The notes below the pieces were generated by a model. That model ran no database searches and had not been told where the DNA came from. It saw only the letters and a list, made by a program, of their open reading frames with translations. A DNA stretch of 64,000 nt from Gammaproteobacteria bacterium (lineage in GTDB: Bacteria; Pseudomonadota; Gammaproteobacteria; Pseudomonadales; Pseudohongiellaceae): the NCBI GenBank assembly GCA_040218615.1, contig JAVJRC010000004.1:77659-141658 (forward strand), read 5' to 3'. The position numbers and the translations under genes are program-made. Position 1 is the stretch's first letter. Each line of letters begins with the position of its first letter. Below, piece after piece: positions 1 through 9,804 of the stretch.

Positions 1-623
1 CAATAAATCAGCCCGGCGCCAAGCAGCAGGCAGGTTGCCAGGCCACCCCACACTCCCTCCCAGGATTTGTTGGGGCTCAGCTGCGGAGCGAGTTTTTTCT
101 GCCCAAAATAGGTACCGGCGAAATAGGCTCCCACATCGACAGCAGCCACCATCAGCACCAGCGAAATAACCAGATAGCCCTGGGGCTGAAGATACTTCAG
201 CAGCACCACTCCGACCCAGGTGGGGATCAGAGCCAGAATGCCCATCAAGCCCATGCGCGACTTGTCACTCCATTGAACCACATTATCCGGATAGCCCAAC
301 AACAGGAAAAACGCGAGCAGCCACCACACCAGGCCCAACAGCATCACCATACTGGAGCGAAAACTGTCTACAACTACCGTGCCAGGTGTCACTTCCAACA
401 GAAAGAAAGATCCAAGCAGCATTACCAAGACCGTAAGCAGGTACAGGAATTTCTGTTGTCCCGATTGCAAGCCGATGAGCGCAGACCATTCCCAGCTCGC
501 CAGCAACACGATAATGGCAACAGCCACTGCGAACAGAAATGGGGACAGCAGCGTGGTGATGGCGATAAGACCCAGCATGAGAATAACCGCAGTCACGATG
601 CGGAGCTGGAGACTTCTATTCAT
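1..623 (-). CDS. cdsA: Phosphatidate cytidylyltransferase CdsA (3' end runs off the window)
   Basis: Not in the ORF track because no stop lies in the window. My reverse-strand translation from the ATG at 623-621 gives MNRSLQLRIVTAVILMLGL...QLSPNKSWEGVWGG. It is multi-TM and has the CdsA SPxKSWEG motif. The ATG overlaps the uppS stop, matching the canonical uppS-cdsA order. Confidence 0.88.
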   Translation of the reverse strand, partial: MNRSLQLRIVTAVILMLGLIAITTLLSPFLFAVAVAIIVLLASWEWSALIGLQSGQQKFLYLLTVLVMLLGSFFLLEVTPGTVVVDSFRSSMVMLLGLVWWLLAFFLLLGYPDNVVQWSDKSRMGLMGILALIPTWVGVVLLKYLQPQGYLVISLVLMVAAVDVGAYFAGTYFGQKKLAPQLSPNKSWEGVWGGLATCLLLGAGLIY

Positions 624-1338
624 CGTGCTTTCCAAAGCGGCGCTGGCGCTGCATATAATCATCCAGCGCAGCCTGGAATGCGGCGTCGTTGAACTCCGGC
701 CAATAGCAGTCGGCAAAGTGAAACTCCGTGTAGGCAAAGTTCCACAGCAGGAAATTACTGATGCGTTTTTCGCCACCGGTTCGAATGCAGAGATCCGGGT
801 CCGGGAAATCACCAAGACAGGTGTTGCGGGTTATCGCGTTCACGTCGATATCTTCAGGCTGGATGTTTCCCTGTTTCACATCTGCTGCCAGTTTCTGTGC
901 CGCCTTGGTGATATCCCAACGGCCGCCATAGTCGGCAGCAACGATCACTGTGGTACCGGTGTTATTCGCGGTGAGCCGTTCGGCGTCTTCCATACTCTGA
1001 AGAATTTTTGAGGAGAAATCTGTGCGCTTGCCAATGAATTTGAAGCGCACGTTGGCCCGGTGAAACTGATTGATCTCGCGCCTTTTCAGCACCATGAGGA
1101 ACAAGGCCATCAGCGCGTTCACTTCACTGGCGGGTCGCATCCAGTTTTCGCTGCTGAAAGCAAACAGGGTGAGATAGGGAATTCCGCGACTGATACAGGA
1201 GTTAACGATATCCCGCGCCGCTTCGGCACCCTGCCGGTGACCGCTCTTGGTTGGCAGCCCTTGCGACCTTGCCCAGCGATTATTGCCATCCATGATAATA
1301 GCAATATGGCGCGGTAGAGCTGTGCTATCGGTTGTCAT
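616..1338 (-). CDS. uppS: Ditrans,polycis-undecaprenyl-diphosphate synthase
   Basis: 240 aa ORF with HIAIIMDGNNRWA, FAFSSENW and RTGGEKRISNFLLWN motifs. Sits between frr and cdsA. Confidence 0.95.
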   Translation of the reverse strand: MTTDSTALPRHIAIIMDGNNRWARSQGLPTKSGHRQGAEAARDIVNSCISRGIPYLTLFAFSSENWMRPASEVNALMALFLMVLKRREINQFHRANVRFKFIGKRTDFSSKILQSMEDAERLTANNTGTTVIVAADYGGRWDITKAAQKLAADVKQGNIQPEDIDVNAITRNTCLGDFPDPDLCIRTGGEKRISNFLLWNFAYTEFHFADCYWPEFNDAAFQAALDDYMQRQRRFGKHDE

Positions 1339-1341
1339 AGC

Positions 1342-1899
1342 TCAGAATGACAGCAGATCTTCTTCTTTCGCCTGAAAGGCGTCTTCAATTTGTGCGATGT
1401 ATTTGTCGGTAAGTTTCTGGATCTGTTCTTCCGCGCGATGCTGGTCGTCTTCAGAGATTTCCTTCTCTTTCTCCAGATCCTTGAAGTCGGTATTGGCATC
1501 GCGGCGGATATTGCGAATGGCCACTCGCGCATTCTCGGCTTCATTCTTTGCCTGCTTGGTAAATTCCTTGCGGGTTTCTTCAGTGAGCGGTGGCATGGGT
1601 ACGCGGATAGTGTTGCCATTGTTGGACGGGTTTAGCCCGAGGTCTGACTTGAGAATCGCCTTCTCGATATCGCCAATCATCTGTTTTTCCCAGGGCGAAA
1701 TGACCAGAGACCGACCCTCTTCAACGGTGACGTTGGCCACCTGGCTCAGCGGTGTGTCGGCCCCATAGTAGGACACCACGACTCCGTCAAGTAAGCTGGG
1801 GTGGGCACGGCCTGTGCGGATTTTTTTGAACGCCTCATCAAGGGAAACCAGGCTCTTCTGCATGCGATCTTCGGCATCTGCAATTATTTCATCGATCAT
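1342..1899 (-). CDS. frr: Ribosome recycling factor
   Basis: 185 aa with a typical Frr sequence ([16 protein letters not shown]...[12 protein letters not shown]). Follows pyrH-frr synteny. Confidence 0.97.
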   Translation of the reverse strand: MIDEIIADAEDRMQKSLVSLDEAFKKIRTGRAHPSLLDGVVVSYYGADTPLSQVANVTVEEGRSLVISPWEKQMIGDIEKAILKSDLGLNPSNNGNTIRVPMPPLTEETRKEFTKQAKNEAENARVAIRNIRRDANTDFKDLEKEKEISEDDQHRAEEQIQKLTDKYIAQIEDAFQAKEEDLLSF

Positions 1900-1960
1900 T
1901 TTCTTCGCCTCGTTTTGCGTGCTTCAAAATTTGGGAACCGAGAATACCATTGTTGTTGAA

Positions 1961-2680
1961 TTATTCGATCAGGGTTCCATCCGGTTTGCCCATTACATTG
2001 TCCAGTAATGCGCCCGGCTTGTTCATATTAAAAACCTTGATAGGAATTTGGTGGTCACGACTCAGGCAGATTGCAGTCAGGTCCATGACGCCCAGCTTTT
2101 TCTCGATGACATCATCATAGGTAAGCCGGTCGAATTTTTTCGCATCCGGTGTGGTTTCAGGATCTGCCGAATACACACCATCAACCCGGGTTGCCTTCAG
2201 TATCAGTTCGGCATCGATCTCAATGCCACGCAAGCAAGCTGCAGAGTCGGTAGTGAAAAACGGATTGCCGGTGCCTGCCGAGAATATCACCACGTCCCCG
2301 GCATTGAGGTGCCGGATGGCGTTGCGTCGGTCGTAGTGCTCGACCACGCCACTCATTTGTATGGCTGACATGACACGAGTGGGAATACTGGCCCGCTCCA
2401 GGGCATCACGCATGGCCAGGGCGTTCATCACCGTGGCCAGCATACCCATATGGTCACCGGTGACCCGTTCCATTCCGGCCTCGTGCAGCAGGGCCCCGCG
2501 AAACAGGTTGCCACCGCCGATCACCATTCCAACCTGCACACCCAGTCCAACCAGCTGCCCGACTTCGACTGCCATGCGGTCGAGCACCTTGGGGTCAATA
2601 CCGAAATCTGCCTCTCCGGTGAGTGCCTCACCGGAGAGTTTGAGCAGAATCCTGTTGTACTTGCGGTCTCGCTGAGGCAT
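1961..2680 (-). CDS. pyrH: UMP kinase
   Basis: 239 aa, [13 protein letters not shown]...GGGNLFRG, amino-acid-kinase fold. Follows tsf-pyrH-frr order. Confidence 0.97.
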   Translation of the reverse strand: MPQRDRKYNRILLKLSGEALTGEADFGIDPKVLDRMAVEVGQLVGLGVQVGMVIGGGNLFRGALLHEAGMERVTGDHMGMLATVMNALAMRDALERASIPTRVMSAIQMSGVVEHYDRRNAIRHLNAGDVVIFSAGTGNPFFTTDSAACLRGIEIDAELILKATRVDGVYSADPETTPDAKKFDRLTYDDVIEKKLGVMDLTAICLSRDHQIPIKVFNMNKPGALLDNVMGKPDGTLIE

Positions 2681-2706
2681 CGCAGATTTAAACTCCTGCT
2701 TGAGTG

Positions 2707-3579
2707 TTAACCAGCCAGTTGCGCGGCGACTTCTGCGGCGAAGTCATCGTCTTCTTTTTCGATACCCTCACCCACCTCAAAGCGGATAAAGCTGATCACA
2801 TCGGCATCAGATTCCTTCAGCAGCGCACCGACTTTCTTGTCCGGGTCCTTGACGAAGCCCTGGTCCAGCAAGCTCACTTCTTCCTTGAACTTGCGCATAC
2901 GACCCTCGATCATCTTGGCGACGATCTCTTCGGGCTTGCCGCTGTCTGCAGCCTGTGCCTTGTAAATTTCCGCTTCCTTGTCCAGCACGTCCTGTGGAAT
3001 ATCATCAGAACGAACCACCATGGGGCTGGCAGCGGCTACATGCATGGCAACATCGCGCGCCACTGACTCGTTGCCACCCTTGAGCGCAACCAGCACACCG
3101 ATCTTGTTGTTGTGCACATAACTGTCGATGACGCCATTGGTCTCCCCGTCCAGGGCCACTCGGCCGACGCGTCGGAGATTGATGTTCTCACCAATTTTTT
3201 GTACCAGCGCCTGTCTGTCTGACTCCAGCCCGCCATCCAGGATTGCAGCCACATCGGCTTCCTGGTTCGCAAAGGCAGCGTCCAGTGCCTGTTCAGAAAA
3301 TTGCAGGAAGTTGTCGTCACGGGCCACGAAGTCAGTTTCGCTGTTGACTTCAATAATGACTCCGTAATTGCCTTCTTCAGCGATCTTGATTAAGACAACG
3401 CCTTCGGATGCGACACGGCTCGCCTTCTTGGCAGCCTTCAGCCCACTGGCTTTACGCAGATCCTCAATTGCCTTTTCCATGTCACCATCGGCTTCCGCCA
3501 ATGCTTTCTTGCAGTCCATCATGCCAAGACCAGTGCGCTCACGCAGTTCCTTGACCATGCTCGCAGTAATGTTCGCCAT
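2707..3579 (-). CDS. tsf: Elongation factor Ts
   Basis: [27 protein letters not shown] is the classic EF-Ts N-terminus. I chose the ATG at 3579, preceded by GAGG, over the upstream in-frame start at 3618. Confidence 0.94.
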   Translation of the reverse strand: MANITASMVKELRERTGLGMMDCKKALAEADGDMEKAIEDLRKASGLKAAKKASRVASEGVVLIKIAEEGNYGVIIEVNSETDFVARDDNFLQFSEQALDAAFANQEADVAAILDGGLESDRQALVQKIGENINLRRVGRVALDGETNGVIDSYVHNNKIGVLVALKGGNESVARDVAMHVAAASPMVVRSDDIPQDVLDKEAEIYKAQAADSGKPEEIVAKMIEGRMRKFKEEVSLLDQGFVKDPDKKVGALLKESDADVISFIRFEVGEGIEKEDDDFAAEVAAQLAG

Positions 3580-3831
3580 TGTTGTGCCTCTTAAATTTCT
3601 TTGAAGTGGTCTTGCCACTTCGTCATATTAGGAATTGATGCTGCCAGCATCGCTGAGGGTGGCAGCAATCCGGCCTGCACCTAAGGAGGGGCAAGCCATT
3701 TTAATTCACGCTGAAAACCGGGTAGACCAGTGCTCCCGGCTAATCTGACTATCCAGTCCAGGTCCAGCTTAGCGGGATAACCGGGTTGCACAGCAGCCCG
3801 GCTATGCCTGTCAGACCAGAACCTGAAAGGT

Positions 3832-4965
3832 CTAGTCTTCGCTGTCCTTTGCTGCAGCCTTTTTCTTGGCAGGCGCCTTCTTCTTGGCTGTAGTTTTCTT
3901 CTTGGCAGCTTTTTTCTTTGCCGGAGCCTTCTTGGCAGTTTTCTTGGCAGCCTTCTTCTTGGCCGGAGCTTTTTTCTTGGCAGCCTTCTTCTTGGCTGGT
4001 GCCTTTGCTTCGGCTGGTTCGGCTTCCTCTTCCGCGGCATCGGCCTTGGCTTCAGCTTTCTCTTCAGCTTCATCGCTCGCAGCGGCTTCTGGCTCGGCTT
4101 CTTCCTTGTCGCCCGACTCTTCAGCAGCTTTTTCTTCTACAGCTTTTTCTTCGGGCTCGGGAGCGGCAGCGGCTTTTTCTTCAGCGGGCTTGTCTTTCTC
4201 CCCGCCTTCTTCGTCTGCATTGCTGCTGGCGGTAACGGGCTCATCATCTATTTCGATGAACTCGCTGGCACCACCGTCAGGACCACTGCGCTTGTTACCT
4301 TCTACGCAGGCATCCGCCACGGCTTCCGAATACAACTGAATCGCGCGAATCGCGTCATCGTTGCCAGGAATCACATAATCCACACCGGCTGGATCACTGT
4401 TGGTATCGACCACACCAATCACCGGAATGCGAAGGCTATTGGCTTCGGTTACAGCAATTCTTTCGTGTTCCACATCAATCACGAACAGGGCATCGGGCAA
4501 ACCGCCCATGTCCTTGATACCACCGATACTGCGTTCCAGTTTTTCCTTGGCTCGGCGCAGCATCAACGCTTCTTTCTTGGTGAGACGCTCAAAAGTACCA
4601 TCCACTTCCTGGGTTTCCAGTTCTTTCAGGCGCTTAATCGAACCGCGAATAGTTTTGTAGTTGGTCAACATACCGCCCAGCCAACGATGGTTAACATAGG
4701 GCATGCCTGCGCGCTCCGCCTGCTCACGCACAATCTTAGCCGCAGCACGCTTGGTGCCGACAAACAGAATCTTTTTCTTCTTTTGCGCCAGGTCGGTGAC
4801 CTGTTCCAGAGCGGAATTGAGAGCAGGAACGGTGTGTTCCAGATTGATGATATGAATCTTGTTTCTGGCGCCAAATATGAATGGCTCCATCTTCGGGTTC
4901 CAGTAGCGACACTGGTGCCCGAAATGCACTCCTGCACGGAGCATTTCTTTCATGCTTACAGTCAT
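3832..4965 (-). CDS. rpsB: 30S ribosomal protein S2 with a ~135 aa C-terminal low-complexity extension
   Basis: [26 protein letters not shown]... is the canonical S2 core, about 240 aa. A Glu/Ala-rich and then AKKK-repeat tail follows in the same frame up to the stop at 3832. Start ATG at 4965. Confidence 0.92.
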   Translation of the reverse strand: MTVSMKEMLRAGVHFGHQCRYWNPKMEPFIFGARNKIHIINLEHTVPALNSALEQVTDLAQKKKKILFVGTKRAAAKIVREQAERAGMPYVNHRWLGGMLTNYKTIRGSIKRLKELETQEVDGTFERLTKKEALMLRRAKEKLERSIGGIKDMGGLPDALFVIDVEHERIAVTEANSLRIPVIGVVDTNSDPAGVDYVIPGNDDAIRAIQLYSEAVADACVEGNKRSGPDGGASEFIEIDDEPVTASSNADEEGGEKDKPAEEKAAAAPEPEEKAVEEKAAEESGDKEEAEPEAAASDEAEEKAEAKADAAEEEAEPAEAKAPAKKKAAKKKAPAKKKAAKKTAKKAPAKKKAAKKKTTAKKKAPAKKKAAAKDSED

Positions 4966-5295
4966 CTTTATACCTTTTGGGTTAGGCCTCCACACACCCC
5001 ATGGTTCAACCCAATCCCGATGAAAAAATTGGGCACCCAGAACACACGTGTCGGTGTATGTGCGACGTTAAATAGTTAATTTACCCAGTATCACCCGGAA
5101 TGGGTGCCTGAGCGGGGCGCTTTATACCATAATCTGCTGATTTTCGAAACAATTTCGCTTACTTAGGGTTTGTAAATTAAGCATTCCAGGTTGGATCTTC
5201 GAAGTTGGTCCACTAAGGTGACTATGAAGGGCTTTCCGGGCACGTTTTGGACTCTGGAAGTCCTGATTCTAGAACCGAGGATGGTCGGATTCGGC

Positions 5296-5465
5296 AGCGG
5301 GATTGCACTTTCCGGACACGCCGTAAACCCGGGCCCAGCCACCGATCACAGATCGGTGTCGTTCGCCTGTCGCTGCGAGCTGCGCTCGCAAAACGCTCGG
5401 GCTCACCCCTGGGGGCTCGGGAGCAGCATCCCTGCTGCTCACGGTCCGGAAAGTGCAATCCCGCT
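5296..5465 (-). repeat. Structured palindromic element, long form, copy 1 (core on minus strand)
   Basis: Perfect 22 bp inverted arms (5296-5317 / 5444-5465). They enclose a ~125 nt core that is near-identical to the core at 30079-30203 in reverse complement. Confidence 0.85.
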
Positions 5466-5652
5466 CCCAAATCCTGAGAGGGCCCGTGAACCTTTCATCC
5501 CGCCCCGCTCTCTCACGCTGCACTTGAACTCTGCGGAATTTAGGTGGTGTTATGTAGCTCACCTCTGGTGGTTATAAAAGAAGAGCTTCTCTATTGCTCA
5601 GGCTGGTGCTGATATCGATAGAAGCTCGAGAAGAAAGATGCGCAGGAGTTCG

Positions 5653-5764
5653 AGGATGAGGGTCAGAAGGCTTAGATTGGGACCGTGAGCAGCAGGGATG
5701 CTGCTCCCGAGCCCCCATGGATGGGTTCACGGCGTGTCCCACTCTAAGCCTTCTGACCCTCATC
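5653..5764 (+). repeat. Structured palindromic element, short form, copy 2
   Basis: 30 bp inverted arms (5653-5682 / 5735-5764) with one mismatch. The core shares GGGACCGTGAGCAGCAGGGATGCTGCTC...ACGGCGTGTCCC with copies 1 and 3 but lacks the ~75 nt central module. Confidence 0.85.
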
Positions 5765-5896
5765 CCATCTGGCACTCCAGCAGTTTCAGGTTCAAACCCA
5801 ACAAAACCAGGACCGAGCATCGCTGTAATCCAAGGGGTGACTGCTTTAAAATAGCCGCCTTTCGCAAACCGGGCCAAAGCCCCGTTGTAGTAGCTG

Positions 5897-6670
5897 ATGA
5901 GTATTTCGATAAAAACCCCCGAAGATCTGGAAAAAATGCGCGTGGCCGGCCGGCTGGCTGCTGAAGTGCTGGAAATGATTGGTCCTCATGTGAAGCCAGG
6001 CGTCAGTACTGGCGAGCTGGACCGTATTTGCCATGACTATATAGTAGAAGAACAGAAGGCTATTCCAGCGCCGCTGAATTACAATGGATTCCCCAAATCC
6101 ATTTGCACCTCAGTGAATCATGTGATTTGCCACGGCATTCCCAGTGACGGTAAGTTGCTGAAATCCGGGGATATTATCAATATTGATGTGACCGTGATTA
6201 AGGACGGTTTCCACGGCGACACCAGCAAGATGTTCTGCGTGGGCGAGGTGCCCGATCATGCCAAGCGCCTGATTCGGGTTACCCAGGAATGCCTTTATAA
6301 GGCTATTGGTATCGTCAAGCCCGGGGTCACCCTCGGCGACATCGGTCACGTGATTCAGCAGCATGGGGAGGCCAATAACTACTCTATAGTGCGTGAGTAT
6401 TGCGGACATGGAATTGGACGGATCTTTCATGAAGAACCGCAGGTATTGCACTACGGTCGACCCAATACAGGACTCAAGATCAAGGAAGGCATGACTTTTA
6501 CTATCGAACCCATGCTGAACGCCGGCAGCCGCTACACCAAGCTTTCCAAGAAAGACGGCTGGACGGTGACCACCAAAGACCGTCGCCTTTCCGCGCAGTG
6601 GGAGCACACCCTGGCGGTCACCGCCGAGGGCTGCGAAGTGCTGACCCGGCGCTCCGACGAAAGCCTGTGA
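5897..6670 (+). CDS. map: Type I methionine aminopeptidase
   Basis: 257 aa, MSISIKTPEDLEKMRVAGRLAAEVL...HGIP...EHT. Divergent from rpsB and upstream of glnD, as in many gammaproteobacteria. Confidence 0.96.
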   Translation: MSISIKTPEDLEKMRVAGRLAAEVLEMIGPHVKPGVSTGELDRICHDYIVEEQKAIPAPLNYNGFPKSICTSVNHVICHGIPSDGKLLKSGDIINIDVTVIKDGFHGDTSKMFCVGEVPDHAKRLIRVTQECLYKAIGIVKPGVTLGDIGHVIQQHGEANNYSIVREYCGHGIGRIFHEEPQVLHYGRPNTGLKIKEGMTFTIEPMLNAGSRYTKLSKKDGWTVTTKDRRLSAQWEHTLAVTAEGCEVLTRRSDESL

Positions 6671-9399
6671 CTTTCGACAATCTTTCAATCTCTGAAGCTG
6701 CTGTTGAGGTTCCCGCCGACACCAGTGCGGAGCTGCTGGATGTCGCTGCGCTGAAAGATGCGCTGGCTGAGGCTGCCACGCCTGTACCGTTGCTGAAAGA
6801 GGCACTGGCAAGAACCAGCACTATTCTCGATGAGCGTTACCAGCAGAATCTGAATATCACTGACATCGTGCAGGGCCGGGCCTGGGTGATTGATGAGATT
6901 CTGAAAATTGCCTGGGAACGGCAGGACTGGCCAGATCAGGAGAACATCAGCCTGGTGGCTGTTGGCGGTTATGGGCGTGGTGAATTGCTGCCCCATTCGG
7001 ATATCGACCTGCTCATTCTTACCCGCAAGGATCGTAACGCCAGTTACCGGGAGTATATCTCCGCCTTTTTGACCCTGCTTTGGGACATTGGCCTGGAAAT
7101 CGGGCAAAGCGTGCGTTCGGTCAAGCAGTGCAAACAGGAAGCGATGAAAGATATCACTGTTGCCACTGCCTTGATGGAATCCAGAACCATTACTGGAGCA
7201 GCCGATCTGCACGAAAAGATGATGGACCTGACTTCTGGCAAGCGCGTGTGGCCAACCAAGAAGTTTCTCAGCGCCAAGCTGGAAGAGCAGAACCAGCGCC
7301 ACCAGAAATATCACGACGTGGATTATGCACTGGAGCCCAATGTAAAAACCTCGCCCGGCGGCTTGCGTGATATTCAGACCATTGCCTGGGTGACACGCCG
7401 CCATTTCGGTGCCGTCTCTTTCAAGGACCTGGTCGAACTGGGTTTTCTCAAGCCCTCAGAAGAAGCCATGATCAGTAAGGGCCAGCAATTCCTGTGGAAA
7501 TTGCGCTACGGGCTGCACATGCTGCAGGGGCGGTGTGAAGACCGCCTGCTGTTTGACAAGCAGCGGGAATTGGCACGTCTGTTTGGCTATGAAGATGACG
7601 AAAAGTCACTGGGCGTGGAAAAACTGATGAAGCAGTATTACCGGGCAGTGGCAAACCTTCGGGCGCTTAACGATGTGCTGCTGCAACACCTGGATGAAGC
7701 CATTCTCCGCGAAGGCGAGCGTGAGACGATCAAACCACTCAACTCCCGCTTCCAGATTCGCAACGACTACATTGAAGTAGTCAGCAATGACATGTTTGAG
7801 CGCTATCCTTTTGCGCTTTTGGAAATTTTTGTGCTGATGGCGCAGCACCCGGAAATCAAAGGCATTCGCGCCAGTACCATTCGGCTATTGAGGGACAACC
7901 GGCGCCTCGTTGACGATGAATACCGTAATGATATTCGCAATGTATCGCTGTTTATGGAATTGCTGCGTTCGCCACACATGGTCACCCTGCAGCTTCGACG
8001 CATGTCTCGATACGGCCTGCTGGGGCGGTATTTACCGGAATTTGGCCAGATCACCGGGCAGATGCAACACGATCTGTTTCATATTTATACGGTTGATGCG
8101 CACACACTTCAGGTGGTGGAGAATATGCGCCGCTTCTCCTATCCAGAAGCAGAATCCCAGTTTCCCGTAGCCGCCAAGATTGCACGCAATCTGCCCAAGC
8201 CTGAATTGTTGTATATCGCTGGTCTTTATCATGATATCGCCAAGGGACGTGGTGGTGACCATTCGGAACTGGGCAGACTGGATGCCGAGAATTTCTGCCG
8301 CAGGCACCGCCTCAGTGATTGGGATACCAAGCTGGTAGTGTGGCTGGTGGAAAAACACCTGATCATGTCCATGACCGCGCAGCGCAAGGACATCTCCGAC
8401 CCGGAAGTGATCCGTGAGTTCGCCCAGAGCATGGGTGACAAGCTGCATCTGGATTACCTCTACGCCCTGACCGTAGCGGACATTCGCGCCACCAATCCTG
8501 AGCTGTGGAATAGCTGGCGGGCATCCCTGATGCGAGAGCTCTATCTGAACACCAGTGCTGCCTTTCGAGAGGGCCTGGAAAACACGGTAAACCGTAGCGA
8601 ACGTATCGCGGACAAGCGGGACTCGGCGCGTGCCAGGTTGCTGGAGCGTGGTCTTACGGACACACAGATCGATGCGGTGTGGGAGAACGCTGCCGAGGAA
8701 TATTTTGTTCGCGAATCTACGGCCAATATCGTTTGGCACACGGAAGCGATTGCGACATTCTCAGGGGAAGGACCACTCGTCTCAATCAAGGAAATGGAAG
8801 TTACCACATCCAAAGACACGGCTGATGAAGGCGCCACGCTGGTGTTTATCTATACCAAAAATGCCGACTTCCTGTTCGCCAACAGCACAGCCGCTTTCGA
8901 AAAGCTGAATCTCAATATTCATGGCGCAAGAATCTTCACTTCTTCCAATGACTACTGCATGGATACCTATACGGTGTTGGAAACCAACGGCAAACCTGTC
9001 GGTAACAACCTCAAGCGGCTGGAAGAAATTAAACGGGAACTGGAATCCAATCTGCAAATCGGGCATCGACCCGCGACTCCTGCTCGCCTGCGCCGCAGTC
9101 GTAAGGCGCAATATTTCAGTAATGCCGTGGATACGGTATTTCTGGATTCGGGCAACAAGCCCTACTCCACTATCAAGATCAATTGCCCGGACCAGCCAGG
9201 CATTCTGGCCTGCGTAGGTAAGGTGTTTGCCGAAAATAACATCAACCTGCAGGATGCCCGGATTACGACGCTGGGTGAACGAGTGGAAGACCTGTTCTTT
9301 ATCACTGACCAACAAGGTAACCCGATCGAGGACGCAGAGCTGAAGAATCACCTGCAGGAAGAGATCAAATCAGAACTCGAAGACAGGCTCACAGCGTAA
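6667..9399 (+). CDS. glnD: Bifunctional PII uridylyltransferase/uridylyl-removing enzyme
   Basis: Nucleotidyltransferase (GGYGRGELLPHSDIDLL), HD (LYHDIAKGRGGDH) and two C-terminal ACT-like regions. The start is uncertain; I propose the GTG at 6667, which overlaps the map stop. Confidence 0.9.
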   Translation: MTFDNLSISEAAVEVPADTSAELLDVAALKDALAEAATPVPLLKEALARTSTILDERYQQNLNITDIVQGRAWVIDEILKIAWERQDWPDQENISLVAVGGYGRGELLPHSDIDLLILTRKDRNASYREYISAFLTLLWDIGLEIGQSVRSVKQCKQEAMKDITVATALMESRTITGAADLHEKMMDLTSGKRVWPTKKFLSAKLEEQNQRHQKYHDVDYALEPNVKTSPGGLRDIQTIAWVTRRHFGAVSFKDLVELGFLKPSEEAMISKGQQFLWKLRYGLHMLQGRCEDRLLFDKQRELARLFGYEDDEKSLGVEKLMKQYYRAVANLRALNDVLLQHLDEAILREGERETIKPLNSRFQIRNDYIEVVSNDMFERYPFALLEIFVLMAQHPEIKGIRASTIRLLRDNRRLVDDEYRNDIRNVSLFMELLRSPHMVTLQLRRMSRYGLLGRYLPEFGQITGQMQHDLFHIYTVDAHTLQVVENMRRFSYPEAESQFPVAAKIARNLPKPELLYIAGLYHDIAKGRGGDHSELGRLDAENFCRRHRLSDWDTKLVVWLVEKHLIMSMTAQRKDISDPEVIREFAQSMGDKLHLDYLYALTVADIRATNPELWNSWRASLMRELYLNTSAAFREGLENTVNRSERIADKRDSARARLLERGLTDTQIDAVWENAAEEYFVRESTANIVWHTEAIATFSGEGPLVSIKEMEVTTSKDTADEGATLVFIYTKNADFLFANSTAAFEKLNLNIHGARIFTSSNDYCMDTYTVLETNGKPVGNNLKRLEEIKRELESNLQIGHRPATPARLRRSRKAQYFSNAVDTVFLDSGNKPYSTIKINCPDQPGILACVGKVFAENNINLQDARITTLGERVEDLFFITDQQGNPIEDAELKNHLQEEIKSELEDRLTA

Positions 9400-9414
9400 A
9401 CAGGCATCCCTATC

Positions 9415-9765
9415 GTGATCGTTCTTTTCGGTATCAGCAACTGCGACACTATCAAGAAAACCAGGAGATGGCTGGATAGCCATAAGCTGGATTATGAGTT
9501 TCACGATTACAAAAAACAGGGCTGTAATACGAAACTTGCCAGGACGCTCACTGAGGTGTTCGAGCTGGACCGCCTGATCAACAAGCGTGGAACCACCTGG
9601 CGAAAACTGCCAGAGCAAGTCAAGAACTCGCTCACCACTGCAAAAGCCCGGGAGCTCATGACCGCCAACCCTTCGGTGATCAAGCGGCCAATCCTGAAGA
9701 TAGGTGATGAATGGGCATTGGGCTATGCTGAAAAGTTATGGGAAGCATTGATCAAAAAGCAGTAA
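9415..9765 (+). CDS. yffB: ArsC/Spx-family protein, YffB-like
   Basis: 116 aa, GTG start, LFGISNCDTIKKTRRWL...KRPIL signature of the ArsC-fold YffB subgroup. Lies upstream of dapD. Confidence 0.75.
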   Translation: MIVLFGISNCDTIKKTRRWLDSHKLDYEFHDYKKQGCNTKLARTLTEVFELDRLINKRGTTWRKLPEQVKNSLTTAKARELMTANPSVIKRPILKIGDEWALGYAEKLWEALIKKQ

Positions 9766-9804
9766 GCAAGCGAAAGTCACTGTTGAATACGATGGAAAAA
9801 TGGA

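Noticed and set aside
3681-4073. 130 aa Arg/Pro/Lys-rich ORF overlapping the rpsB tail in another frame.
   Set aside because: It is an alternate reading of the same repeat. It extends into the rpsB-tsf spacer without start signals.
5296-5764. Integron attC sites or a cassette array as an explanation for the structured palindromes.
   Set aside because: attC sites conserve the ends (R boxes) with variable interiors. Here the interior is conserved and the ends vary. There is no intI, no cassette ORFs and no GTTRRRY boundaries.
5296-5764. Small self-cleaving ribozyme (hammerhead or twister) or retron msr/msd as the identity of the element.
   Set aside because: No CUGAUGA...GAAA hammerhead core or other ribozyme core that I recognise. 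No reverse transcriptase gene nearby for a retron.
5191-5877. Six overlapping 76-128 aa ORFs on both strands in the rpsB-map spacer, and the 119 aa ORF at 30058-30417.
   Set aside because: They run through the palindromic elements, and the shared peptide strings simply reflect the DNA repeat. There are no start signals, and the open frames on both strands fit GC-rich hairpins.
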